Origin: Candidatus Magasanikbacteria bacterium RIFOXYC2_FULL_42_28
Lineage (GTDB): Bacteria; Patescibacteriota; Patescibacteriia; Magasanikbacterales; GWA2-37-8
Assembly: GCA_001784435.1 (NCBI GenBank)
Contig: MFQZ01000008.1
Location: 23,347 to 87,346, forward strand
Length of the DNA stretch: 64,000 nucleotides
Reading direction: 5' to 3'
This document shows, in pieces, positions 32,430 through 41,942 of the stretch. The notes under the pieces are model-generated. The model saw only the letters and a list, made by a program, of their open reading frames with translations, searched no databases and was not told where the DNA came from. The stretch's first letter is position 1; each line of letters opens with the position of its first letter. A program made the translations under genes and the position numbers.

Positions 32430-33023
32430 TTAATCTACCGGCATGCAACAAGTGCCGGGTATTTCTTCTTGAGTTGCAGGATCAACTTGGCAACTGACAC
32501 CGCCAACCAAAGCATCAAACCAATCTACTATATCTCCAAAATCAGAATTGCTTTCCGGCTGATAGGCCTCTCCGCCTAATGCCGTGCAATTACTTTGGTG
32601 AGTTGTGCCACCGGCTGTTGTCCATCCCGCTGATGTGCCGGTAACACTCGTGAAACGCAAAGTGACAAAAAACGTAATACTGAAAGCCGCCAAGGCAATA
32701 ATCATACCAATAACCGATGCTTTTAAAATATTCACGGCTTTGGTAATCTGCTCATCGTTACCCCCGGCCGTCATCCACAAAAACCCGGCGTAAACAGCCA
32801 AAGCAAAAAATATCATGCCCACAAGCGACAATGTAACGCTAATAATATACCCAATCCCGCTGGATAGTTGATTGGCTTCGTTGCCGATTTCGTAACCGGA
32901 ACCTTTGGCCACCCCCTCCAATGTGTTTTGCCCAAAATCAACTGCGTTGGCATGATTCAATGCTGGCGCGCCTAAAAGCAAAATGCCGACAAAGATACTC
33001 ACCAAAATAAATTTAAGTCTCAT
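32430..33023 (-). CDS. CPR pilin with Cys-containing C-terminal extension
   Basis: YAGFLWMTAGGNDEQITKA; tail ending GTCCMP. Confidence 0.8.
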   Translation of the reverse strand: MRLKFILVSIFVGILLLGAPALNHANAVDFGQNTLEGVAKGSGYEIGNEANQLSSGIGYIISVTLSLVGMIFFALAVYAGFLWMTAGGNDEQITKAVNILKASVIGMIIALAAFSITFFVTLRFTSVTGTSAGWTTAGGTTHQSNCTALGGEAYQPESNSDFGDIVDWFDALVGGVSCQVDPATQEEIPGTCCMPVD

Positions 33024-33042
33024 AAATTTTATTATCTATTTG

Positions 33043-33540
33043 TTACTCTGGGCAACTTTCACCAGCACGCCAAACCCCATCGCCATTTGCACAATCAGCT
33101 TTGCTGATACCGCCCACAACTGTATCTATACATTCTTCCACACCATCGGCATCTGTTAACACGCACTTACCCCCCCCGCCACCCCCACCCACCAACCTAT
33201 TCGTCACAAACGCCGTAATCGCATATGCCAAAAATACAATTGTGATGCCGATTAAGGCCGCTTCCAAGGTGTCTTTGGCTTTAGTAACTTTTTCGTCATT
33301 GCCTTGAGCGGTCATCCAACGAATGCCGGCGTAAACCGTTAAGATGAAAAATACCGTGCCAATTAAAGCCAAAATCGTGTTGATTACTAAACCGGTGGTG
33401 CTTTCAAGATTAGGTGTCAAGCCGGTTTTTCCGCCGATTTGACTCAATTTTGTGCCAGCGTCATTAATTGTCAAAGCACTTACACTTAAAGGCACAAGTA
33501 AAACTGTGGCTAAAATGATAGTAAAAAAAATCTTACGCAT
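33043..33540 (-). CDS. CPR pilin with Gly linker and 4-Cys tail
   Basis: YAGIRWMTAQGNDEKVTKAK; GGGGGGGKC. Confidence 0.8.
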   Translation of the reverse strand: MRKIFFTIILATVLLVPLSVSALTINDAGTKLSQIGGKTGLTPNLESTTGLVINTILALIGTVFFILTVYAGIRWMTAQGNDEKVTKAKDTLEAALIGITIVFLAYAITAFVTNRLVGGGGGGGKCVLTDADGVEECIDTVVGGISKADCANGDGVWRAGESCPE

Positions 33541-33552
33541 ATTTTAAAAAAA

Positions 33553-33933
33553 TTATTTCAAATTCAACGCGTTAAACACAAAGCGAGCAATGGCATAAGC
33601 GGCCAAAACTATTACCAAACCAATACTGGATGTTTCCAGCAATTCTTTCGCCTTGGTAACGCGCTCGCTATTGCCCAGGGCCGTCATCCACACGCCACCG
33701 GCGTATAAAGTCAAAACGAAAAATAACGCGCCGATAAGCGACAGGGCGATACCGACGATAGCGCCAATAAGGTCGATGACATTGGTGGCGTCGGCTACTT
33801 CTTGCGGTAATTTTGCTTCCTTGGCCGCTGTGCCTAAACCATATCCACCTGTGTAGGCCTCGGCCAAAACAAAAGTCGGGGCGAGCAGTAAAACACCGGC
33901 TAAAATTGTTAATGATATTTTTTTAAAAGACAT
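33553..33933 (-). CDS. CPR pilin (core only)
   Basis: YAGGVWMTALGNSERVTKAK. Confidence 0.8.
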   Translation of the reverse strand: MSFKKISLTILAGVLLLAPTFVLAEAYTGGYGLGTAAKEAKLPQEVADATNVIDLIGAIVGIALSLIGALFFVLTLYAGGVWMTALGNSERVTKAKELLETSSIGLVIVLAAYAIARFVFNALNLK

Positions 33934-33946
33934 AGTTTGATTAATA

Positions 33947-34058
33947 TCAAATTTCCAATGTCAAATGTCAAATCAATTTCAAAATCCAAATTTCAAAAAA
34001 CGATTTGACATTTAAATTTTGGATTTGATTGGAAATTGGAAATTTAGATTTTGACATT
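33947..34058. repeat. 112-bp heptamer-based element, copy 1
   Basis: 108/112 identical to 34590-34701 by manual comparison. Confidence 0.9.
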
Positions 34059-34157
34059 TCACTCAACCTATTTCCCGACAGGGGGTTGCGAGTTCGCCCA
34101 CAAACGCAACTGTTTAAAATTGCGAGCGAGCGCGCGAACCCCCTGCCGAAAAATATA

Positions 34158-34547
34158 CTACCCGGTAAACCCTGTTTTATCAACTAATTCTCCAACCACA
34201 AACTGCGCAATCGCGTAAGCGGACAAAATAATTGCGAGACCGATAATACCCGAGAATATCCATTTCTTGGCTTCGCCTACTTTTTCATCATTACCGCCGG
34301 CCGTCATCCAAGTAAAGCCGCCGATCAAAATAATGACGATGGCGACGATACCCAAAAAGCCGAGTACTACACTAATAATGTTACCAATAGTAGCGCGCAA
34401 ATCACCATCTCCCAAACCACTTGTTTTAGCAAAGCCCAGGCCCAAGTTCTCTTCTTGATCTGGCGTACTGCTTATAGCCAACACTGGCGTGGCAAACAAA
34501 GCCAAAGCCATCACGCCCAAAATTACTCCACTTAAAATCTTTTTCAT
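34158..34547 (-). CDS. CPR pilin (core only), putative major pilin
   Basis: GGFTWMTAGGNDEKVGEAKK; strong SD-like AAAGGGGGTGA; own extended -10 TGTGGTATAAT near 34710-34720. Confidence 0.8.
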   Translation of the reverse strand: MKKILSGVILGVMALALFATPVLAISSTPDQEENLGLGFAKTSGLGDGDLRATIGNIISVVLGFLGIVAIVIILIGGFTWMTAGGNDEKVGEAKKWIFSGIIGLAIILSAYAIAQFVVGELVDKTGFTG

Positions 34548-34589
34548 ATTCTCACCCCCTTTCGCAATTTTAATATCATATTATTAATT

Positions 34590-34701
34590 TCAAATTTCCA
34601 ATGTCAAATGTCAAATCAATGTCAAAATCCAAATTTCAAAACGCGATTTGACATTTAAATTTTGGATTTGATTGGAAATTGGAAATTTGGATTTTGACAT
34701 T
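34590..34701. repeat. 112-bp heptamer-based element, copy 2
   Basis: Direct repeat of 33947-34058. Confidence 0.9.
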
Positions 34702-34743
34702 GCTAATATTATACCACATTTATTTTTTCGCCACAACTACAAA

Positions 34744-35556
34744 CTACTTTGGAAAATCACCCGTACCCAAATACGTCAAAACGCCATTTAAAAACAAATA
34801 ACTAAAAAACACGATGAACGCGCCCAAAGCCGCAAACGCCATCGTTTTCCCGCCGGCCTTAATTTTTTCCGGATTGCCGGCGGCCATGAGCCAGGCCTGC
34901 GCACCCCAAATAAACATCAAAAGCACGACCGCGCCGATTACGCCCAAAATGCCTTTAATTATTATACCGATAATAGTAGGGACGTCGGTAGTGCCACTGG
35001 CCAAGGGGTTGTCAAGACAAACCGAACCGGTTGGACAAGGTTCTTTTGTTTTTGAAGTATCAGGCGCTGACGCGGCGTCGGCGATTGGCGTTTCGGCAGG
35101 GGCGACAGTTGAACCAGGCACAACCGCTGTTTCCTCTAACTCTGCAGTGGCCAAATCAGGTGTCCAAATAGTAGTGACTGGGGCAGTTAAAGTTAGTTTG
35201 TCAGCCACAGTAACTTCACCCGAAATTGGCACTGTCACTACCGGCGGTATATTAAATTTCGCCATTAGTTCTTCCACTGTGCTAGATTCGTTTAATAACT
35301 CACAATCTGCTTGGAGATTTATTTCTTCCACATCAACATTGTTCCAAAAACAAGTTGCTTTTTCTGTAAGACCACCGGCATTATATGTTCCATGATATTG
35401 ACTACATGCAGATTCCAACGCGACACCTAATCCATAATCTATTTCCAATTCACCTGCAACTTCACAAACCCCCTCTGCCAATACCGGCGCCGCCGAAAAA
35501 AACAAAACAAAAAATGATAGTGGCACCAACAAAAAAGATAAGATAATTTTACGCAT
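34744..35556 (-). CDS. Pilin with N-terminal variable Cys/Thr-rich domain
   Basis: C-terminal LDNPL..WGAQAWLMAAGNPEKIKAG pilin core. Confidence 0.75.
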   Translation of the reverse strand: MRKIILSFLLVPLSFFVLFFSAAPVLAEGVCEVAGELEIDYGLGVALESACSQYHGTYNAGGLTEKATCFWNNVDVEEINLQADCELLNESSTVEELMAKFNIPPVVTVPISGEVTVADKLTLTAPVTTIWTPDLATAELEETAVVPGSTVAPAETPIADAASAPDTSKTKEPCPTGSVCLDNPLASGTTDVPTIIGIIIKGILGVIGAVVLLMFIWGAQAWLMAAGNPEKIKAGGKTMAFAALGAFIVFFSYLFLNGVLTYLGTGDFPK

Positions 35557-35560
35557 AAAT

Positions 35561-36529
35561 TTAAAACAAACTAAACAGCGAACGCACCAACCAATAAGCC
35601 GCCATTTGCACTATAATGGATAGCGTCGCCCAGAGCAAAATGTGTTTGGCTTTAGTTATTTGTTCGGCATTGCCTTGGGCGGTCATCCACAAAAAGCCGG
35701 CCCAGACATAAAACAAAAGTAAGAGCGAGCCAATTATGCCCATTAAAAAATAAATTACTTTACCGATAAATTCATTGACGCGACCGGTGGCCGTTGATTC
35801 TGTGAGCCATTTAAAAGGATTTAATTTTAATTTGGCGCTGGCTTGTAAACTTTTAAGATCGCCGGTTTTTAGGGTGGAGGTGATCGGATCGTGTTCGTAA
35901 GAAGCGCAGGTACCATCGGGACCCAAATCATTAACAATTGCGTCTTTTTCACAACCTATTACACAACTATTATCTTGTAATTTTTTAGGAGTTTCCACGC
36001 AACTGACTGATCCATCATCAACACTGCGCACACAACAACAATTGGGCTGTTCACCCTTAAAAAATTGGCATAGAATTCGGGGAGAAGCAAAATCATTAAT
36101 ATCTGTGGATGCCCCTCCCAATCTACCGACTCTATTAATTGGAGTAGTGATTTTAGTGCAAACGTCATTCAACATCGTCAAATTAAATTCCCAATCGGAT
36201 AAAAGACCATATAAACCGTTAACCTGTTTTAAATCTCCACTATATAATTTACTATTCTCGGTAAAAACTCCATAATAGATTGGCGCCACCCCAAACTTGT
36301 CCAAAATATTACCACCAAAACCACCGCCAGTAGAAAAATCAATAGAACAAACACAAGCACTTTTGTGTTGGCATTTATCGGAAAACAATTTGTCAAGTGC
36401 TGGCTCAGTTTTGGTAAAATTATTATGCAAAGTCCCGCCTGGCGTAATTTCGCCTGACGCAAAATCCGGCCCGATTGAAATTCCCAATAAAATGACAAAA
36501 ATAAAAACAGTAATTTTTTTCATAAACAT
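35561..36529 (-). CDS. Pilin with N-terminal Cys-rich domain
   Basis: CVC and CCC motifs; C-terminal WAGFLWMTAQGNAEQITKAK. Confidence 0.75.
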   Translation of the reverse strand: MFMKKITVFIFVILLGISIGPDFASGEITPGGTLHNNFTKTEPALDKLFSDKCQHKSACVCSIDFSTGGGFGGNILDKFGVAPIYYGVFTENSKLYSGDLKQVNGLYGLLSDWEFNLTMLNDVCTKITTPINRVGRLGGASTDINDFASPRILCQFFKGEQPNCCCVRSVDDGSVSCVETPKKLQDNSCVIGCEKDAIVNDLGPDGTCASYEHDPITSTLKTGDLKSLQASAKLKLNPFKWLTESTATGRVNEFIGKVIYFLMGIIGSLLLLFYVWAGFLWMTAQGNAEQITKAKHILLWATLSIIVQMAAYWLVRSLFSLF

Positions 36530-37213
36530 CTACTTTAACTTTAAACCAACACCCCCGAGCGACCCCACCCCTACCGCTTCGCTTAAAAATCCGACTAACA
36601 AATACGCGGAAAAAACCACGATTATGCCAATAATAGCCGCGAGCATGGCGTCGGTGCCTTTTTTAACGCGTTCGGGATTGCCTTCGGATATGATAAATAA
36701 AATTCCGCCGTAAATAAACATCAGGAGTGCGAGCGCGCCAATAATGCCAAATAGGTAATTGGCGATATTGATGCCGAGCAAAACAAAAATGCCAATATCG
36801 CGACAAGGCGAATCTTTGGGAAACTCATTGGCTAAAATACAAGCCGGTAAAAACGCGCTGGTATTGGCCTCAGTGCTGGAAACATCTTTGGTTAATTTGG
36901 TGCGGTGCGCGTCCCAGGTAATAAGAGCGTCTTTACAGCGTTGGTAGCCATCGTCAATACCACCGTCAAAAAATTTACAGCTGTCGAAGTCGTTAATATA
37001 CTCATAAGTTCCGGCCGTACTTTTACAGGCATCTTCATTGCTTGTAGTATTACATCCGCTATTTTTAGCATCTTTTAATTCTTCCGGAGTAACCCCGGTG
37101 TCTAAAGGTGAAGCGCAAAAACAATAACCACCCGCTTGGGCCGGAGTTGAAGTTAAAACCAAACCGGCGAAAGACAGGAGGGCGACTGATAAAATTATAA
37201 ATTTTTTGGACAT
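36530..37213 (-). CDS. Pilin with N-terminal Cys-rich domain
   Basis: YCFC motif; C-terminal YGGILFIISEGNPERVKKG. Confidence 0.75.
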   Translation of the reverse strand: MSKKFIILSVALLSFAGLVLTSTPAQAGGYCFCASPLDTGVTPEELKDAKNSGCNTTSNEDACKSTAGTYEYINDFDSCKFFDGGIDDGYQRCKDALITWDAHRTKLTKDVSSTEANTSAFLPACILANEFPKDSPCRDIGIFVLLGINIANYLFGIIGALALLMFIYGGILFIISEGNPERVKKGTDAMLAAIIGIIVVFSAYLLVGFLSEAVGVGSLGGVGLKLK

Positions 37214-37224
37214 AAATTGTTATT

Positions 37225-38634
37225 TTATAACGTTTGGCCGACTTTGGCCACCGCGTTATTTAACACCCCTTGACGCGCTTCATCTTCTTTAGCAATCCCA
37301 GCCGGTATGGTGAGCCAATCATCTACCATATCACCCACGGCTTTGGCCGCGACCGAATAATTACTGCCCCGATACCAATTTTCGGCCATTAAAACCTGTT
37401 CTACAAACGGCGCCACTTTTAAGTCAGCCCGTTGCTCCTCGATATACGCGCGCAGTGCCGTCGGCCGACCGCTGGCATCTAAATAATCTTTGGTCGCTTT
37501 GGAATGAGCCAAATAATCTATCAAACCCCAGGCCTCATTTTGATGTTTGGATTTGGCGGTAACGGCCTGTAAATAATAATTAGCCACGTTCACCGGTTGA
37601 TCCGGATTTAATTGAAATAATGGTAATACGCCAATATTCAACTGGGGAGCGCGCGCTTTAATGGTCGGATAATCATAACTATATCCTACCATAAATCCAA
37701 CTTTTCCGCTAACAAACGCGTCCATGGCATTACCCATATTTTTATTCCAGCCATAAGTGTCACGCGTAGGATTGGCAAAATCAGTATAAAAATCTAACAC
37801 GCTAAACGAGGCGCTGTTGGCATCCGCGCGTCTGTCCCGCCCACTGCCAAATTGTAAACGACCAAAATTATCACTAAACGGCACGCCACTTTGGCGGAAT
37901 AAAACAAACAAAATATCATCAACCGCCGCGACATTTTTACCAGCGCCAAAAGCCACGCCCGATTGAGTGATTTTGTCGTTTACCCGATCATATTTATTAA
38001 TTTTTTTCACCGCGGCCTGAAATTCATCCCAATTTTTAGGCGCTTCCGGCACACCCGCGCGGTCCAATAAATCTTTGTTGTAATAAACAGCCAAAGTATC
38101 CAAAGACAGTGGCAAGCCATAAACCTTGTCGCCTATTACCGCGTCCTCTTTGACTACTTTTACATATTCGCGCTCCAATTGAGTCGGCGTTACGAGTGGT
38201 ATGGTGCCAACCTGAACGGTAGTTTCGTCGCCCCCCAGGGCGGTTTTGGTCGTAAGCAAACGCGCATCCGAGACACTGGCCGGCATCGGCGCGATTTTAC
38301 TCAAATACCCGCGCACCATCCGATTGGAAATAGAAATAATATCCGGACCTTTATCTTCGGCAAGAGCTTCAATCAATCGCTGATAAAATTCCGAAGCGCG
38401 CAATTGGCGAACATTAACAGTTAAGTAACTACGGCCATCCAATTTATATTTTTCAATATTAGTTTTAAGCGCGTCCACATCATCGGCCACAGTCCAATAT
38501 TCTAAAGTTAATGGTTTAACCAATTGTTGTTGATCGGCAGAGATGCCTTTACAGCCGAGACCAGAAGTAATTAGAAACGCAAAAATACCGCTTATAATAA
38601 GTAGGGGTAAAATTTTCTTATGCGACTTTGGCAT
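37225..38634 (-). CDS. Extracellular solute-binding lipoprotein (sugar-type, family 1)
   Basis: Lipobox-like SGLGC; GPDI, YGLPLSLDTLAVYYNKDL, PKNWDEF. Confidence 0.85.
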   Translation of the reverse strand: MPKSHKKILPLLIISGIFAFLITSGLGCKGISADQQQLVKPLTLEYWTVADDVDALKTNIEKYKLDGRSYLTVNVRQLRASEFYQRLIEALAEDKGPDIISISNRMVRGYLSKIAPMPASVSDARLLTTKTALGGDETTVQVGTIPLVTPTQLEREYVKVVKEDAVIGDKVYGLPLSLDTLAVYYNKDLLDRAGVPEAPKNWDEFQAAVKKINKYDRVNDKITQSGVAFGAGKNVAAVDDILFVLFRQSGVPFSDNFGRLQFGSGRDRRADANSASFSVLDFYTDFANPTRDTYGWNKNMGNAMDAFVSGKVGFMVGYSYDYPTIKARAPQLNIGVLPLFQLNPDQPVNVANYYLQAVTAKSKHQNEAWGLIDYLAHSKATKDYLDASGRPTALRAYIEEQRADLKVAPFVEQVLMAENWYRGSNYSVAAKAVGDMVDDWLTIPAGIAKEDEARQGVLNNAVAKVGQTL

Positions 38635-38745
38635 AAATTTTAATGTCAAATTTCCAATCAAATCCAAATGTCAAATATCAAATTTTGACATTGTCCACCA
38701 CAGGCCGATCCGCCTTTGGCGGAGAAATTTGGATTTTGAAATTAC
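38635..38745. repeat. Heptamer-based element interrupted by a 30-bp GC palindrome
   Basis: CAAATTTCCAATCAAATCC.. then CACCACAGGCCGATCCGCCTTTGGCGGA then AAATTTGGATTTTG. Confidence 0.65.
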
Positions 38746-38750
38746 CAATA

Positions 38751-39611
38751 TTATACCACACTTTTCAAATATTTCCTAAAATCTTTTCCCAAAATCGGGC
38801 TACGGAGCGCAAAATCAACATTGGCCTGAATATAACCGAGCTTGGAACCGGTGTCATAATATTTACCATCTACTTCACAGGCGTAATAGGGGCGTTTTTT
38901 TAACACTTTGGCGTTAGCGTCAGCCAACCACAACTCCCCGCCTTTGCCCAATTTGGTAGTTTCTAAAGCAGTAAAAACATCCGGCGTTAAGATAAAGGCG
39001 CCAAACATACCAAGGCGTGAAGGTGATTTTTCTGGCCCGGGCTTTTCCACAATTTTTTTAACTTGATACACCCCTTTTTCCACTTCCACCCCATCAATCA
39101 TCCCATATTTTTTTGTGCCTTCATCATCGGTTTTTTGCGCGGTAATTACTGGATCGCCATATTTTTCATAAACATCCATTAATTGTTTTAGATGCGGTTT
39201 TTTAGGACAATAAAAAAATTCATCGCCCCACATAACCGCGAACGGCTCATCACCAATTATATCTTTGGCGCAGAGTACCGGTGTGCCGTTGCCATACGGC
39301 CCTTTTTGACGAATAAAAATAAAATTAGCGAGGTCGGCAATTTTTTTCAACTGTTCGGCCACCTCTTCTTTACCTTGTTTTTTTAATAAATTTACCAATT
39401 CATAATTTGGACTAAAATGATCTTCCACCGCGCGCTTACTGGGACCGGTTACCATAATAATGTCAGTGATTCCCGACCGCACCGCGTCTTCAACCACATA
39501 TTGAATAATCGGCTTGTCCACGATAGGGAGCATTTCTTTGGGTTGGGCCTTTGTTGCTGGCAAAAATCTTGTTCCTAAGCCAGCTACTGGAATGACAAGT
39601 TTTCTGATCAT
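38751..39611 (-). CDS. galU: UTP-glucose-1-phosphate uridylyltransferase
   Basis: VIPVAGLGTRFLPATKAQPKEMLPIVDKP, VEKP. Confidence 0.93.
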   Translation of the reverse strand: MIRKLVIPVAGLGTRFLPATKAQPKEMLPIVDKPIIQYVVEDAVRSGITDIIMVTGPSKRAVEDHFSPNYELVNLLKKQGKEEVAEQLKKIADLANFIFIRQKGPYGNGTPVLCAKDIIGDEPFAVMWGDEFFYCPKKPHLKQLMDVYEKYGDPVITAQKTDDEGTKKYGMIDGVEVEKGVYQVKKIVEKPGPEKSPSRLGMFGAFILTPDVFTALETTKLGKGGELWLADANAKVLKKRPYYACEVDGKYYDTGSKLGYIQANVDFALRSPILGKDFRKYLKSVV

Positions 39612-39679
39612 AATTTTAAGTGATTATTTCATTGAAAATATTATAGCTTTTTTAACTTTATTTTACAAGAGAGAACTTT

Positions 39680-39791
39680 AATTTCAAAATCCAAATTTCC
39701 AATTTCCAATCAAATCCAAAATCCTAATATCAAATTTGACATTTTGGCTTTGACATTGATTTGACATTGGAAATTGGAAATTTGACATTTT
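39680..39791. repeat. Heptamer-based inverted repeat element
   Basis: CAAAATCCAAATTTCCAATTTCCAATCAAATCC..TTTGACATTGGAAATTGGAAATTTGAC. Confidence 0.8.
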
Positions 39792-41167
39792 CACTCTATC
39801 TCTTCCCAACTCACCAAAAAATATTCCGACCCAACCGGAAAACCGGGGGGTGGATTTAGAGTTAAATTGGCATCGTAAGTGGCATAGGTATTTTTGTAAC
39901 CCGACACCACCGACCCGCCACCGGACACATAACTCCAAGTCCACAAATCATTGGAAATTATCGAACCATAAATAGTTAAACTTTCCCGTTTATTGCCCAT
40001 ATAAAAATATCGCTTGGCCGCGCCGGTTTGGGCGAGCATGGCCGCGTCCACTTCCAAGTAATTAGGCGCGATGTAGGGCAACAAAATATTTTTCTCAGCA
40101 ATCAATCCCAAAACATTAGTGCCGTCTTTCGCTAAATAAGTTAAATTATTGTTAATAACAATTGATTTGTCATCCGCCGTGCCGACCGTCGCCCGACCGT
40201 TGACAATCCCGTCCACCCATACCATATCTTCTACATATATATAGCCATTGGTCGGCATATCATATACCACTGCCGTGCCAAAAGTGGCGGCGTCAATGCA
40301 AAACCAGCCAAAGCGCGCGTGGCCATTGCCCCAATAATCTTGGCCGTAATAACAATCCGTGGTATTAACTTTGTAAATATTAATTTTGCCATCAGCGCGA
40401 AATTCCAGCCGATATCCTTGCTTACCGGACGATGTTAAATAAATACCATTAATTTCCGCCTCGCGTTTAATTTCGGCCAGTTTGGCGGTAACGCGCGAAA
40501 AATCTTGCGCCGGCACCGGAAATTCCCACAAACTCTCGTCGCCGTCGCCCCACACTCCGGGTTTTTCTTGATTACCGCAACCGTGATGTTGTTTACATAT
40601 ATAAGTAGGCACCGCCGAGGTAATGGGTGCGTTGCCAATGCCGTCAAAGCGCGCCCCGCCGTTAGCATGCAGTTTGCCGTTGGCGGTTTCGCTGTCGCCA
40701 ATCCAAATATCCACATTGGTAAGATACGCAAAATCCGTTAAAGCCGGAAACCCGACGCGCGCTTTTAAAGTGCGTTTGCTATCGGGCTGTAAATCCAACC
40801 AGCCGGTGGATTCAATCGTAACGACCGTGGAACCGCTTTGGGGTGGAATAATATTTAAAGAATAATGGCCGATGACATTGCCATCTTTATCTTCGTATTC
40901 GTGGATGTATGGCCCAACCGCGCCCGTGCCGTCTTGATAATCAGTTTTATCATGCGCCAAATGCCAGCGATAATAATTCACGCCCGCCTCGGCAATTTGA
41001 AAAGCCATTTCGCGATTATGTTTATGAACCGAAGCCCGATTTTCCAAAACCGCGTAACCGGTAACACCGACGACAATTAAACTAAAACTAATGGCGCCGA
41101 AGATGAGGGCAAAGAGTAATGCTGTTCCCCTTTTGTCAAATTTTAATTTTTTATAAATATTCAGCAT
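39791..41167 (-). CDS. PilX-like type IV minor pilin
   Basis: KRG-TALLFALIF prepilin-like N-terminus; AFQIAEAGV. Confidence 0.8.
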   Translation of the reverse strand: MLNIYKKLKFDKRGTALLFALIFGAISFSLIVVGVTGYAVLENRASVHKHNREMAFQIAEAGVNYYRWHLAHDKTDYQDGTGAVGPYIHEYEDKDGNVIGHYSLNIIPPQSGSTVVTIESTGWLDLQPDSKRTLKARVGFPALTDFAYLTNVDIWIGDSETANGKLHANGGARFDGIGNAPITSAVPTYICKQHHGCGNQEKPGVWGDGDESLWEFPVPAQDFSRVTAKLAEIKREAEINGIYLTSSGKQGYRLEFRADGKINIYKVNTTDCYYGQDYWGNGHARFGWFCIDAATFGTAVVYDMPTNGYIYVEDMVWVDGIVNGRATVGTADDKSIVINNNLTYLAKDGTNVLGLIAEKNILLPYIAPNYLEVDAAMLAQTGAAKRYFYMGNKRESLTIYGSIISNDLWTWSYVSGGGSVVSGYKNTYATYDANLTLNPPPGFPVGSEYFLVSWEEIE

Positions 41168-41289
41168 GCTAATAACTATTAATAATTCACTAAGTCCTAA
41201 TTCGCTAATTAACTAATCAAATACCAAAGTATTCAAGAATTGAAAATTTTATTAGCGAATTAGTTAATTAGTGAATTAGTTAATTTTCG

Positions 41290-41922
41290 TCAATTTGTCT
41301 TAAGATTTCTAATCGCCGCCTTGGTCTCAATCGCAAACGGCACCGGCGCCACATTAGGTTTTTCTTCTAATAATAAATTTATGCCAATCACCCGCACCAG
41401 CGCCGGATCAATCGGTGCTGACATCGGCGTGCCGGTCGCGCCGGTATAATCCTCATCATAATAATAAAACAGCGACGAGGTGGTATTGGCGACATCATGA
41501 ACAATATCAGTAACAGTTTCGCTCCCTAAATTATACGCGAGCGGTGTGCCGGTCGCTTTCACTATCCCCACTTTCAACGTCGTGCTCACCAAAAAATATC
41601 TAATCCTCTCCCGAAAAGAATCCGCGTCTAAATTGGAATAAAAAACCACCTCTTGGGCACCAGCCGACTCCAAACCATAACCGCCCGTGGCCGACTGCCC
41701 GGCGCGACGCAATTGATTAACAAAATCCTGCACCACCTTACGCCCTTCGTTTTGGGTGGACAACTGCTCCCACACCACATCGCGCCCCCGAAATCCCCAT
41801 ATAAAAATTTCCATCGTGCCCGCTGACACAATCAAAAAGATTCCAATCGCCACAAGGATTTCAATAATGGACATGCCGCGGGTATCAGTTTTGAATTTGG
41901 GATTTTGGATTTGATTTGACAT
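41290..41922 (-). CDS. PilW-like type IV minor pilin
   Basis: RG-MSIIEILVAIGIF prepilin peptidase motif. Confidence 0.8.
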   Translation of the reverse strand: MSNQIQNPKFKTDTRGMSIIEILVAIGIFLIVSAGTMEIFIWGFRGRDVVWEQLSTQNEGRKVVQDFVNQLRRAGQSATGGYGLESAGAQEVVFYSNLDADSFRERIRYFLVSTTLKVGIVKATGTPLAYNLGSETVTDIVHDVANTTSSLFYYYDEDYTGATGTPMSAPIDPALVRVIGINLLLEEKPNVAPVPFAIETKAAIRNLKTN

Positions 41923-41942
41923 TGGAAATTTGGATTTTGAAA

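Noticed and set aside
33968-34183. 71-aa ORF and similar repeat-derived ORFs (38543-38903, 39684-39944, 62247-62583)
   Set aside because: These are translations of heptamer repeats or antisense frames of real genes.
33947-34701. CRISPR array
   Set aside because: The repeats are degenerate 7-mers without regular unique spacers, and no cas genes are in the window.
31923-37213. Diversity-generating retroelement acting on pilins
   Set aside because: No reverse transcriptase, and the repeat differences are not adenine-specific.
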